Origin: a bacterium
Lineage (GTDB): Bacteria > Hinthialibacterota > Hinthialibacteria > Hinthialibacterales > Hinthialibacteraceae
Direction of reading: 5' to 3'
Assembly (NCBI GenBank): GCA_963663405.2
Contig: CAXXSM010000073.1
Span: 32,001 to 96,000, forward strand
Length of the DNA stretch: 64,000 nt
The notes under the pieces are model-generated. The model searched no databases. It saw only the letters and a program-made list of their open reading frames with translations, and was not told where the DNA came from. Shown here piece after piece: positions 11,052 to 20,720 of the stretch. The position numbers were made by a program, and so were the translations under genes. The first letter of the stretch is position 1. Every line of letters begins with the position of its first letter.

Positions 11052-11383
11052 ACAATGGATGACCTCTGGTGTTGTCGTTGTTGTTTAAGATGACGGAGTC
11101 TAACAACAACTGGCGGAGGATTTCGAGCCTGATCTTCACGCATGCGTTGGCTAAATGCCAGCCATTCTGTCAGATATGCTTCAATACTCGACTTATTGTG
11201 AAGGTAATAGAGAATTGTGGCATACACTTGTTCAAGCGTGAGTGAGTGAAACCGTTTTACAATGGCTTCTGGGGATTGCTCTCGGTGGATATACTCATAC
11301 AGAATTGATTCAATCCCCACACGTGTCCCTTTTATGCGAATATCATCGGGGCCAAGATGATTAAAGTATTCTTCGATATTCAT
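11048..11383 (-). CDS. DUF433 antitoxin
   Basis: IRIKGTRVGIESIL...SPEAI...LTLEQVYATILYY. Confidence 0.9.
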   Translation of the reverse strand: MNIEEYFNHLGPDDIRIKGTRVGIESILYEYIHREQSPEAIVKRFHSLTLEQVYATILYYLHNKSSIEAYLTEWLAFSQRMREDQARNPPPVVVRLRHLKQQRQHQRSSIV

Positions 11384-11504
11384 GATTTAAACCTCGTCTC
11401 GTATTATGGATAAACAAAGCACACGCCTATAAACACAAGTGTAGTCTAACGCTTTAATCAACTACCCTACTCGACTATAGGTTTTCTGCTCTCGCGTGAT
11501 TTAA

Positions 11505-11726
11505 TCACGCAGCGTAACGGATGATCTCAAGTTCGGTTCCGCCTTCCACTTTCGCCAAGATTTCGTCGACCTTTTGTAGAACTATATCATCAATCAAATA
11601 TTCGGGACACTTGGCGCGTTGAAGAACGGGAAGGCCCTTAAGAATCACGATGGCCGTGTCGCTGATTTTGAAAGGTAAATCCGTTATTGCTGTTTTAAGT
11701 TCTCCACCGCATACGGAACATTTCAT
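11505..11726 (-). CDS. YgiT-type zinc finger (MqsA-N-like) antitoxin
   Basis: MKCSVCGG...GLPVLQRAKCPE; the second CxxC has lost one Cys (R); C-terminus EIIRYAA. Confidence 0.8.
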   Translation of the reverse strand: MKCSVCGGELKTAITDLPFKISDTAIVILKGLPVLQRAKCPEYLIDDIVLQKVDEILAKVEGGTELEIIRYAA

Positions 11727-11755
11727 TGCTTAATCCTTAGCTCACTCCACTTGTC
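11723..11755 (-). pseudogene. Possible C-terminal remnant of a DUF4258-like toxin
   Basis: DKWSELRIKQ* ends in an ATGA overlap with the YgiT start, which is the usual DUF4258-YgiT coupling; only ~10 codons remain. Confidence 0.35.
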
Positions 11756-11999
11756 AGTCAGTTTGTTCTGGATGGCGCTTGCTGGCGTTCATGATTGTGA
11801 GACCGATAATTTCCCCTTGCTCGTAGCGAATAATCACATCATCATCAGTCAACTCGCTGTCATCCGCGTGACTTGGCTTTTTAAAATTTACATATAGCAC
11901 ATCCGCTTCAGCATCGTATGAAGACCAGAGATAACGCTTCGGCGAATGCTTCACTGCGGGGATTAAGCGCATGTATTCATCGACCATTATAGGGGCCAT
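11754..11999 (-). CDS. DUF2283 domain antitoxin-like protein
   Basis: YDAEADVLYVNF...IIGLTIMNAS. Confidence 0.9.
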   Translation of the reverse strand: MAPIMVDEYMRLIPAVKHSPKRYLWSSYDAEADVLYVNFKKPSHADDSELTDDDVIIRYEQGEIIGLTIMNASKRHPEQTD

Positions 12000-12106
12000 A
12001 CTTGTTTCCTCCGGTTGAGCGAACTAACACGTCGAGTAAGAAAGGCCGTTATGATAAATCCATCTGGCGCCATTTCCCGATAAGGGACTACAAGATATTT
12101 TCCAGT
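11987..12106 (-). pseudogene. 5'-truncated RelE-like/BECR toxin partner of DUF2283
   Basis: Reads TGKYLVVPYREMAPDGFIITAFLTRRVSSLNRRKQVWPL* and overlaps the DUF2283 start; the N-terminal half is missing and cut at a hairpin. Confidence 0.65.
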
Positions 12107-12107
12107 A

Positions 12108-12147
12108 TGTAGGATGGGCTAAAAGCGGAGCGTAGCCCATCATTACA
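12108..12147 (+). repeat. GTAG-type REP-like hairpin
   Basis: TGTAG-GATGGGCTA-aaagcggagcg-TAGCCCATC-ATTACA. Confidence 0.6.
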
Positions 12148-12202
12148 TCGTGAGGTTGCATACGCATATTTGCTGGACTATTTGTTGAATTGCTTTTCAT
12201 AC

Positions 12203-12982
12203 TTAATCCTCATTTAGGGCACGAAGTATAAGCTCAGTCCACTTCAAGCAATCGAATACTAGAGGTTTTAGAATGGGCTTAGTACCGTGAACATCGCTCA
12301 TATTTGATCGCAAAGTCTGTATTACAAAAGCTCCCTGGTTCATAGCACCCTTAAAATTCTTACAGAATGACTTAATAACTTGTTCATTCCAACCAAGTTC
12401 TTGAAGTTGTTGCTCCATCTTGGTAATGATACCCATTGCGTCAAGAGAGCGTTTGCATTTCTCTTGATATGAAGCCTTAGTTGGCTCTCCAAGACCGGCT
12501 GTTGAATAAATCGCTGAGGTTGTCGCATCCAGTGCGCCACACATTGAAGAAATGGCGCCACTCAAATCACCGTCGCGTAGGCGTTGGGCTGCCTTTGTAA
12601 GATCCTCTTGAGATTCGGTTGGAAGTTCAGTAAGGATAGAAGGATCAAGAATCTTTATGGGTATGACAGCATTTCCACTAAGACACCATCCCAGGCGTGA
12701 AAGATTCTCCTCTAGTGATTTTCTTGAATCTGGTTTTCTTTTTAGCACTTCTTCGGTAATGACAGCAATAAAATGCTCATAAGACTCAAGTTCATGTAGA
12801 CCAGAGTCAATGCCTGTCATTAGTTGCCCTTTTGAAGCGCCTCCTTTAAATTTTTGCTCAAGGTGTTTGATGGATTCCAGATTAAAGCCAGCAAGCCCGA
12901 CGATTTGTTTTATCTCGTTGAAAGAGAAATCATTTTCCAAAGTAGATCTAAGAGCATTCCATGCTTTGTTTATATTTTCCAT
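12203..12982 (-). CDS. Abortive infection family protein (Abi_C-like C-terminal domain)
   Basis: A..RL..GD..GAISS.C..LD and LRSNMSDVHG (RxxxxxxHG) motifs; more AT-rich than flanking core genes. Confidence 0.7.
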   Translation of the reverse strand: MENINKAWNALRSTLENDFSFNEIKQIVGLAGFNLESIKHLEQKFKGGASKGQLMTGIDSGLHELESYEHFIAVITEEVLKRKPDSRKSLEENLSRLGWCLSGNAVIPIKILDPSILTELPTESQEDLTKAAQRLRDGDLSGAISSMCGALDATTSAIYSTAGLGEPTKASYQEKCKRSLDAMGIITKMEQQLQELGWNEQVIKSFCKNFKGAMNQGAFVIQTLRSNMSDVHGTKPILKPLVFDCLKWTELILRALNED

Positions 12983-13041
12983 TTTGCCCTTTCGACGGGA
13001 GGCAAAGGCAAAGTTTTTTGTCTTTGAGGATTTCTTATTTA

Positions 13042-13443
13042 TTAATTCCCTGTATTCAACGCCGCGTAGATCATCCGTACCGCCACTATGATCAAGATGA
13101 ACGCGAAGAGAAATTGCAGCGTTTTATTTGACAATCGATCCGCCAGCGTCGCGCCGATATTCGCGCCGATCACTGCTGTGATGGAGATCGCCAAAGCCAG
13201 TTTGAGATCCACGTGGATATTTGGATTGACATGATAACGGAACGCGCCCATCAACGCCATTGGAATCATGACAGTCAGCGCGATTCCCTGCGCTTCCTTC
13301 TGAGAGACCGCTGTCAGCAGGCTGAGCGCGGGCACAACGATGATTCCCGCGCCCACACCAAATAAGGCACTGAACACACCCGCCAATAGACCAAGACTTA
13401 AATAAAACACCATCGAACCACCTGAAAATTCCGCCGGCATCAC
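13042..13443 (-). CDS. TauE/SafE (TSUP) family half-size membrane protein
   Basis: LAGVFSALFGVGAGIIVVPAL, QKEAQGIAL, GANIGA. Confidence 0.85.
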   Translation of the reverse strand: MMPAEFSGGSMVFYLSLGLLAGVFSALFGVGAGIIVVPALSLLTAVSQKEAQGIALTVMIPMALMGAFRYHVNPNIHVDLKLALAISITAVIGANIGATLADRLSNKTLQFLFAFILIIVAVRMIYAALNTGN

Positions 13444-13493
13444 TGCGCTCCTATTCTATTTTCTCTCATTCAAGATTTTCCACTCCAGCCGTC

Positions 13494-14216
13494 TTAAGGC
13501 GCTGGGGTGGGAATGGACGACCATATTTCGGGTTCTGTGTCACTGATTTCAAAATTCTCGAAACGGGCCCATCGATCTGCGCCGGCTTGTCCGCCTTGGG
13601 TGAACACGCCTGCGCGGGGTAGTGGGGAGAGTGGAAATTCCGCTTTGCCAACGAAGAATTTTCCATCATCACCCCAGCACGACGCGGATACAACGCCATC
13701 GTTGAAGACCGCCCCGATCCAGACACTCTTTTCTGACCAGGGGACTTTATTCACGACCTTGGCCTGCGCTTTGATTTCCACAACGTACACGACCCACATC
13801 TGCCCATCGACCATCTCTTTGACTAGTTTGATGTAATCGTCATCACCGTGATAGAGAATCAATCCCGCTTGTTCGTACTGTTCTTTATGGACGGCGTCGA
13901 CACAGACTATTACCGATTTCGTTCCTTCCAAGAGAGGCCGCACAAGGATATTTTTCGCGTCTTTGCCACCTCCCATAAGACCGCCCGGTTCAAGTTTGAT
14001 ATACAGCCCATTTTCATCACTGCGGCGCCCCGCTGGATTCTCCCGAATCCATTCCCACGGCGCGACAGGCGCCGCATGGAATGTGTCTTTGAAAGCGATC
14101 GCCGGTTCGCTCGAATCTTGACCGGCTGGTTTACACGCGCTGGAAAGAACAACAGCCAACGCCAACGCGACAAACCATACTATGTTCTGTTTCATGCGAT
14201 TCTGTCCGTTTTTCAT
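13494..14216 (-). CDS. Lipoprotein with DUF1349 / GH43 C-terminal concanavalin-like domain
   Basis: Lipobox LSSAC; WEWIRENP, YEQAGLILY.GDDDYIKL. Confidence 0.7.
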   Translation of the reverse strand: MKNGQNRMKQNIVWFVALALAVVLSSACKPAGQDSSEPAIAFKDTFHAAPVAPWEWIRENPAGRRSDENGLYIKLEPGGLMGGGKDAKNILVRPLLEGTKSVIVCVDAVHKEQYEQAGLILYHGDDDYIKLVKEMVDGQMWVVYVVEIKAQAKVVNKVPWSEKSVWIGAVFNDGVVSASCWGDDGKFFVGKAEFPLSPLPRAGVFTQGGQAGADRWARFENFEISDTEPEIWSSIPTPAP

Positions 14217-14466
14217 AATGAACCCCCTGCTTGGATAGGTTAGAAGTTGAATGGCGCTCAGTGGAACGTCCTTCGATAGCAAGCCTATACTACGAATCAG
14301 AGATGGTTTCAAATTGGCCTTATAAGAATCCTAATACAATCTTATCTTTGAGAGAAGGATTCATATTTGAAAATAGCAATTTACATCTGTGAAAGAACTG
14401 TGGAAAAGATTACAATGCCAACAGTTTTGAGACGCCTTCGATAAAAACAGGAAAAGCGAGGAACGA

Positions 14467-15591
14467 GTGATGACACCCAAAGAACGGATGATGCGCGCTC
14501 TGAATCTGGAAAAACCTGACCGTCTTCCTTGTTCGATACATCAGTGGCAGCAATACCATCTCGATACGTACATGAATGGCGTTGATCCATTGACTGCGTT
14601 TCAGCAGACAGGGATGGATGCGGCGATTCAATATTTTGAAGCGATGGGGCAGTTCTGGCTCCCTGACGCGGACGAGAACGTCCTGCAATCTCCGGATTGG
14701 CGCGAGACACTGACTGTCATCGATCCCAATCCAAAAAATAAAATCCTGCTTCACACGATCGAGACACCTGAGGGCCAGCTCACCTACAAAACCGGCAGTA
14801 ACAATATCACAACATGGGTAATGGAATACCTGGTCAACAAGCATGAGGACGTTGAATTGATTGATAAATACATGCCCGTCGCTAAGTTGAATCGTGAGGC
14901 TGTATCCCAAGCGTATGATGAAGTTGGCGACGTGGGAATCCTGCGCGGTTTTGTTTGGGGGGATCAGGCGGGATGCTGGCAGCACGCCTGTTGTCTCATG
15001 AAGCCGGAGGATCTAATCGTGGAAGCGCTGGAAAATCCTGATTGGGTCCATCATTTCATGCGCGTTCTCTTGGAAAAGAAACTGCGATTTATCGAAGAAT
15101 CCTTACAGGGCGCCCGGTTTGATTTGATCGAAACCGGAGGCGGCGCGTCAAGTGATACGCTGATCTCACCGAATCTCCACCGCGAATTCTGTCTCCCCTA
15201 TGACCGTGAAATGCACCGTGCTCTTCACGCCATTGGCCATAAAGTCACGTATCATACCTGCGGCGGTATGATGTTTATCCTCGATCTCATTGTCGAAAAT
15301 GAAACCGACGCGTCTGAAACCCTCTCCCCAGCGAAGATCGGCGGCAATATCCGCGAACCCGAAAAAGTCGCGGATGTCTTCGGAGGGAAAGTGGCGATGA
15401 TTGGCGGGATGGATCAGATGACATATCTGACGGATGGAACCCCTGAGCAGATTAAACAAGAAGTGTATCGCCTTTTCGAAGGCTTCGGCGCGAATGGAGG
15501 ATACATCCTCTCCGCCAGCGATCATTTCTTCGACGCTCCAATCGAGAACCTAAAAGCTTACGCGGACGCCGCGAAAGAGTGCCGTTATTAA
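14467..15591 (+). CDS. Uroporphyrinogen decarboxylase-family / methylcobamide methyltransferase-like protein
   Basis: MTPKERM..AL..EKPDRLP, YHTCG, GGMDQ, GGYILSASDHF. Confidence 0.85.
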   Translation: MMTPKERMMRALNLEKPDRLPCSIHQWQQYHLDTYMNGVDPLTAFQQTGMDAAIQYFEAMGQFWLPDADENVLQSPDWRETLTVIDPNPKNKILLHTIETPEGQLTYKTGSNNITTWVMEYLVNKHEDVELIDKYMPVAKLNREAVSQAYDEVGDVGILRGFVWGDQAGCWQHACCLMKPEDLIVEALENPDWVHHFMRVLLEKKLRFIEESLQGARFDLIETGGGASSDTLISPNLHREFCLPYDREMHRALHAIGHKVTYHTCGGMMFILDLIVENETDASETLSPAKIGGNIREPEKVADVFGGKVAMIGGMDQMTYLTDGTPEQIKQEVYRLFEGFGANGGYILSASDHFFDAPIENLKAYADAAKECRY

Positions 15592-15596
15592 TCTAC

Positions 15597-16596
15597 CTAT
15601 TGGTTCCTTGTCTTATACTGATAAAAAAGCGCGTCACATACTCCGCAGGCTGACGATTGGTTTCGGAAAAACTCGGCCGCTTTTTTATCCTTCCAAATTG
15701 TGGCGATATTCACGTTAGAACGTGTCAGCGCGCCAATCGCAAAGTGGCGGGAGGTTGCAGCAGGGCGTACAGGTTCCATCCGTTGTGATGTAAAGGCCAT
15801 CATCGGTCCGGGGGCAGATTGTATCGCCATGAGCCGCTAAACGTTGAAACACGCTGGGCCGGTTCACGCTATGGACGCGGACACCACATTGTTTTCCAAA
15901 TGCAGAATATTCCTGGATTAATTGCTGTTCATGCTCCCAACTGGGGCGTTCAATCGCCGCGCCGGGATACATCTGCACACGCGCCAGATTGATCGAACGA
16001 ATGGAATATCGCCCCGCGAATTCAATGATTCGCTTTACATCTTCTTGATTCTCTTTGGTCACCATACATTGCAGAATCAGGGGAGTTTTCGAAACTAACT
16101 TTTTGTTCGAACTGTATTCAATAATATTATTTACAACCTTGGCGGATGGTGGATGGAGGGAATTTTTTCGTTCCGGCGCCGCTGTTGCGATGTCTGGCCA
16201 ACGATCGATAGAGATCGAAATGTTGGAAATGGAGAGTTTTTGGATATGTTCACGCCGGATTCGATCTAGGAGAATTCCATTGGTCGTGAATCGAACGCGG
16301 GCACGCGGCCAATACTGATTCGCATATTCAATGAACGTGAAGAAGTGGGGATGCAGCAGCGGTTCGCCCCATCCAGTCAACGTCAGCCACTTCGGAGCGG
16401 GATTCGTTGATACGATTTCATGAAAGAGGTTTACAGGGATATTATCCTGCGGAATTCTGCCATGCGTATGCGGGCAGATGGGGCATTTGAGATTGCAGGC
16501 GTTGGTCACTTCGATCTGAATCTCACGGGGATAAGCGCTTCGTCTTTTTATCAGCAGCCGGATAAATTTAGCCGCGTTATCAACAATCGATCGCAT
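15597..16596 (-). CDS. Radical SAM protein with SPASM/twitch domain (one frameshift near 15750)
   Basis: CNLKCPIC, GWGEPLLHP, TTNG, C...TPCC; removing one C joins it to ...IGALT...ACGVC in ORF 15597-15830. Confidence 0.85.
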
Positions 16597-16604
16597 CGTG
16601 TTCT

Positions 16605-18089
16605 TTATTCTCCCCTCCGGTTCTGCCTGTGTATGAATAAGTTCATTACAACACGCGCGTCGTTTTTAAGGAACGTCCACGAGCGATACGATTTCAGGCG
16701 GTAAAAGAATTGCGAAGGCCGTAGATAGAACCGCCGGTACGCATATCGGATCAATTTCCGCAACCTATCCGCGCTGAGATGCGGATACGAGATCATACTC
16801 TTCCGGAATGGATCGATCGCGTCGGAATCATCGATGAGGATATTCTTTTCTTTCGCCTGTTCGTAAAATGGTGTGCCTTTAAAAGGCGTCGCAATCGCGA
16901 ACATAACGTGATGAACTTTCAGGCGGATCAGTTCATCAACGGTCCGGATAATGTCTTCTTCCGTCTCCTCTTCCGAAGCCCCGAAGAGGATATTAATCTT
17001 CGGCTCCACCCCGTATCGTTGGAGCAATGGAACCGCTTCGTAAAAGGTCCGCAGATCGAGCCGTTTATCTATCAAATCCAATAGATGTTGTGAGAGGGTT
17101 TCAATCCCAATATCCACACTAATACAGCCCGATTTCGCAAGAGCGGCGACGATCTCTTCATCTCCTAAAAAATCGGGACGGCTCAGGCAGCCCCATTGCA
17201 GACCGAGTGATTGAATACCTTCGCAAATATTGAGCGTTCGTGTTTTTGATGCTAAAAATTGATCGTCCATGACCATGACCGATGGATAACCCGCTTCTTT
17301 GATTGTCTTGAACTCATCGATCACCCGTTCCGCCTTGGCGTAGACCGATTTCGGCTTTTGATTTGTGTGAGTGTTTCGGTATTCCAATTCTCTGGCGAAA
17401 CTGACCGAGTTCGGAACGCAGTAAGAACATGTGAACGGACAACCACGCGAGACCAGCATCGCAGCGACGGGTTGTTTGGGAAACTTGGCGTTCAAAAACT
17501 GTGAGGAGAGACGTTTCACAGTAGGATGAAAGTGAAACGTATGTGGGATTTCCTCAATAGGGATCGGCGCGAACGTATGGGGATGATGAACGATTTGATC
17601 GCCTTCAAAAAGTGATACCCCGTCTTTCCCACCGAATTGCAAATAGTTCAGGATGTTCTTCTCTGGTTCACCGCGAAAGATAAGAAGCCGCTCATTATAC
17701 GCCGCGTTTCCAACACTGGAAAGATATTCTTCCGGGACGCGTGTCGGTTCGGGGCCGTGGACGAGAATGGGCGCCTGGATTGTAGAGAGGATCTTTGGAA
17801 TGATTTCAATATCCGCCGGTTTGGCCAGGATCACTGAATGAAGAATCAACGCCTTGGGTTTTAATTCCGCAAGCCGGTTCAAGAATTGTTTATCAGTCAG
17901 ATTATCCAACGCCGCGTTGACAATTTCCGTTTGAAATCCATGTTTTTCCAAATAGGATAGCAGATATAAATTGGCTAAATCCGGCAATGGATACAGCATA
18001 TAACTGCATCCTGCGAACCGTTCGGGAATCAGGCTCCGATCGGACGCTGGGGGATCTATAAAGACAATAAGAGTATCCGTTTCACTCAT
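16605..18089 (-). CDS. Cobalamin-binding radical SAM protein (HpnJ/class B-like)
   Basis: N-terminal B12-binding-like region, SRGCPFTCSYC, DDQF, TPFKGTPFY. Confidence 0.85.
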   Translation of the reverse strand: MSETDTLIVFIDPPASDRSLIPERFAGCSYMLYPLPDLANLYLLSYLEKHGFQTEIVNAALDNLTDKQFLNRLAELKPKALILHSVILAKPADIEIIPKILSTIQAPILVHGPEPTRVPEEYLSSVGNAAYNERLLIFRGEPEKNILNYLQFGGKDGVSLFEGDQIVHHPHTFAPIPIEEIPHTFHFHPTVKRLSSQFLNAKFPKQPVAAMLVSRGCPFTCSYCVPNSVSFARELEYRNTHTNQKPKSVYAKAERVIDEFKTIKEAGYPSVMVMDDQFLASKTRTLNICEGIQSLGLQWGCLSRPDFLGDEEIVAALAKSGCISVDIGIETLSQHLLDLIDKRLDLRTFYEAVPLLQRYGVEPKINILFGASEEETEEDIIRTVDELIRLKVHHVMFAIATPFKGTPFYEQAKEKNILIDDSDAIDPFRKSMISYPHLSADRLRKLIRYAYRRFYLRPSQFFYRLKSYRSWTFLKNDARVVMNLFIHRQNRRGE

Positions 18090-18119
18090 TCAGTTTTCCT
18101 GGTGTAGTGGGGCGAGATT

Positions 18120-19586
18120 TTATGTGCTATTTTTATTACTCGAAAAGACGGTTTTAGACAACGCCCATGCGGATTGAAGAATTCCTTTTAAATAGCGTGG
18201 ACTTGGATTTCGAAGAATTCGGCCTGTGTAAGAGAGAAACGTCCGGGGCCGGAAATAGAAATCCCTCCAGATTTTGCGTTGCCAATAGAGAAGGTCATCC
18301 GCCGTCAATCCATGTGGAACGAAGACCGGTTCAAGAAGATTCATTTTCGTCCAGTCATCGCTAAATGTCCCATATTCATGAGCCTCGCGGAACAATCGCG
18401 AACCGGGAAATGGTGTCATGCATGTGACGCTGATATCTGAAAATGGAAGCGTCCGGGTTAATTGATGCGTCGCCTGGAGCGTTTCCCTCGTCTCCCCAGG
18501 ATGCCCAACGATGAAAAATCCCTTGGCCAGAATCCCGGCGTTGACTGTGTTTCGAACGCCATCTTCAATTTGGTCCAGCGTCAATTTTTTCGATTCCCGG
18601 TCAAGGATTTCCTGCGATCCACTTTCAACGCCATAGCTGATATGCCAGCATCCGGCCAGTTTCATAATCCGCAGCAGTTCCGGTTTCGCCAGATTGACAC
18701 GGCTGTTGCAGGCCCAGCTCATCTTGAGATTACTTCGCGCGAGCAAATCACAAAATCGTTCGACATTTTGACGATCGAGCATAAATGTATCGTCTTCAAA
18801 TGTAATGTCCCGAATACCAAACTGTTTGTTTAAATACTCAAACAACTCGACCATGTATTCAGCGGAATGCGCCCTGACAATCTTGCCAAATACGCTTGTA
18901 TCGCAAAAACTGCATGAAAAAGGGCACCCCCGTGAACTGACGAAAGAGGTGGATGGAGTTTGTTTGACTTTAAATAGAGCGGGTGTATAGCGTTCGGGAA
19001 ATCCAGCGAGCTTGTCCCAGGCGGGGAAGGGAAGCGAGTCGAGTTCCATAAACGGCGCCCAGGATGGAGTCCGTTTGATTTCACCGTTGTCAGCGCGGTA
19101 CGCGATACCTGCGACATGGGAATAGTCCGGTTTTTCCTCATGAATGGCGTCCAGAAGATCGAGAATCGTACGCTCACCCTCTCCAGTCGCCACTGCGTCA
19201 AAATGTGGACAACGTAGAAGAGTTTCTTCCGGAACGGCGGACGGGTGGGGGCCACCGGCGATGATCGGCGCGCTGGGCCAACGTTCTTTAACAATCTTCG
19301 CGAATCGTTCCGCCGGTATCGCGGATAATGTTGTAATCGAGAACGCGAAGGCGGCGGGCGTGACGTCCCGCAGTCGCTCCATACATTCGGCGGCGGTTAG
19401 CTCTTCCGCGGCGGCGTCGATGACAATCGCTTCCGCCCCGTGTTCCTGTATCAGCGCGGCGAGAATCAGAAGCCCCAAACTGGGGACACAGTTTCCGGAA
19501 GCCGCCAAACTCCCATATCGCTCCGCCAACGTTACAGGAGGGGTCATTAAGACAATTGTTCCACCGGCTTTCGATCGAGTTCCCAT
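18120..19586 (-). CDS. Cobalamin-binding radical SAM protein (class B methyltransferase-like)
   Basis: PSLGL, GGPHPS, GEGE, SRGCPFSCSFC, FEDDTF, GVESGS, TPFPGS. Confidence 0.9.
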   Translation of the reverse strand: MGTRSKAGGTIVLMTPPVTLAERYGSLAASGNCVPSLGLLILAALIQEHGAEAIVIDAAAEELTAAECMERLRDVTPAAFAFSITTLSAIPAERFAKIVKERWPSAPIIAGGPHPSAVPEETLLRCPHFDAVATGEGERTILDLLDAIHEEKPDYSHVAGIAYRADNGEIKRTPSWAPFMELDSLPFPAWDKLAGFPERYTPALFKVKQTPSTSFVSSRGCPFSCSFCDTSVFGKIVRAHSAEYMVELFEYLNKQFGIRDITFEDDTFMLDRQNVERFCDLLARSNLKMSWACNSRVNLAKPELLRIMKLAGCWHISYGVESGSQEILDRESKKLTLDQIEDGVRNTVNAGILAKGFFIVGHPGETRETLQATHQLTRTLPFSDISVTCMTPFPGSRLFREAHEYGTFSDDWTKMNLLEPVFVPHGLTADDLLYWQRKIWRDFYFRPRTFLSYTGRILRNPSPRYLKGILQSAWALSKTVFSSNKNST

Positions 19587-19724
19587 GGTTATAATATTAA
19601 TGGGGATTGCCCGGATTGGAAATGAGTTTAAACATGTCCTGGATTTTAACTATTATTTTGGAATGCAGGATCAAACCCTAGTGATTGTTATGATTGAAGA
19701 ATTATATATATTTGATGAAAATAA

Positions 19725-20720
19725 ATGAACAAAATTTCCCCTGAACTCTCTTTCATCGTCCCTGTCTTCAATGCCGAAGAAACACTGCTGGAAAGCCTTC
19801 GGCGCATTCATTCGCAGGAATTTCCTTCGCCCTTTGAAATTGTGATTGTTGATGATGGCTCCACGGATCGGTCATATGAAATCGCACGGGAATGGGCCGC
19901 GTCTGTGGAGGTTAAACGGGAAAAGGTCTCAGTCAATCTATTCTCGATACCCCATGCAGGAGAAGCGGCGGCTATGAACGCGGGAATCCAAGCGGCGCAA
20001 GCTCCCATCATCGCCTGGGTCGAGAGTGACGTCGAACTGGAGCCCGATTGGCTGCGGACGCTGACGCCGGAATTGGAGGAGGAAGGAATTGCCGGCGCTG
20101 GAGGATGGCTGCTTCCAGCGGAAAACGGCGCGGCTATCGCGCAGATTTTCGGTTATGAGATCGCGTATAAAATAAGAACGAATCCACCCTATCCCCGTCA
20201 CGTTACCAGCGCCAACGCAATCTATAAAAAATCAATATTTGAAGAACTGGGTCTTTGCCGGGAGGATTTGGCGGAATCGAGTTTCGATTCGGAATACAAT
20301 CAACGGATCCTTGAACGTGGATACCGGCTCAAGTTCAATCCCAACGCGATTGCGCGGCATCATTTTAAATCCCGTTTTATCGATTGTCTGCGCCGGACTG
20401 TATGGTATGGGTATAAACGCCCGTTCGTAAAAGGCCAAGTGTTATATCCCTTTGATTGGTGGAGTGGAATTACCGCGCTCACCTGCGGCTTTCTTTTACC
20501 CGCCTTTATTGCTGTTTGGTATTCTCCATTCATTGCGCTGATCTGTCTGGCGGCCTGTGTTGGCGCTCACATTCTCTATTCATTCATCTTGTTCCAACGG
20601 TTCAAGAAGGCTGTTTTACTGCTGGCGGCGCCGGTTTTCTTCATTCGAAACGGCGCGTTGCTTCTCGCGTATGCTTATGGATGGATTATCAAATTATTGC
20701 AATCACAAAAAGGCGAATGA
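19725..20720 (+). CDS. Glycosyltransferase family 2 with C-terminal TM helices
   Basis: SFIVPVFNAE, VDDGSTD, NAGI; the DxD motif reads ESD. Confidence 0.85.
   Translation: MNKISPELSFIVPVFNAEETLLESLRRIHSQEFPSPFEIVIVDDGSTDRSYEIAREWAASVEVKREKVSVNLFSIPHAGEAAAMNAGIQAAQAPIIAWVESDVELEPDWLRTLTPELEEEGIAGAGGWLLPAENGAAIAQIFGYEIAYKIRTNPPYPRHVTSANAIYKKSIFEELGLCREDLAESSFDSEYNQRILERGYRLKFNPNAIARHHFKSRFIDCLRRTVWYGYKRPFVKGQVLYPFDWWSGITALTCGFLLPAFIAVWYSPFIALICLAACVGAHILYSFILFQRFKKAVLLLAAPVFFIRNGALLLAYAYGWIIKLLQSQKGE

Noticed and set aside
10600-13040. Complete integron or CALIN
   Set aside because: No intI and no full attC hairpins; only isolated 7-bp boxes, reported as a hypothesis
20456-20716. Long N-terminal extension of GT4
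   Set aside because: It overlaps the GT2 gene; the canonical MRILHV start with ATGA coupling is at 20717
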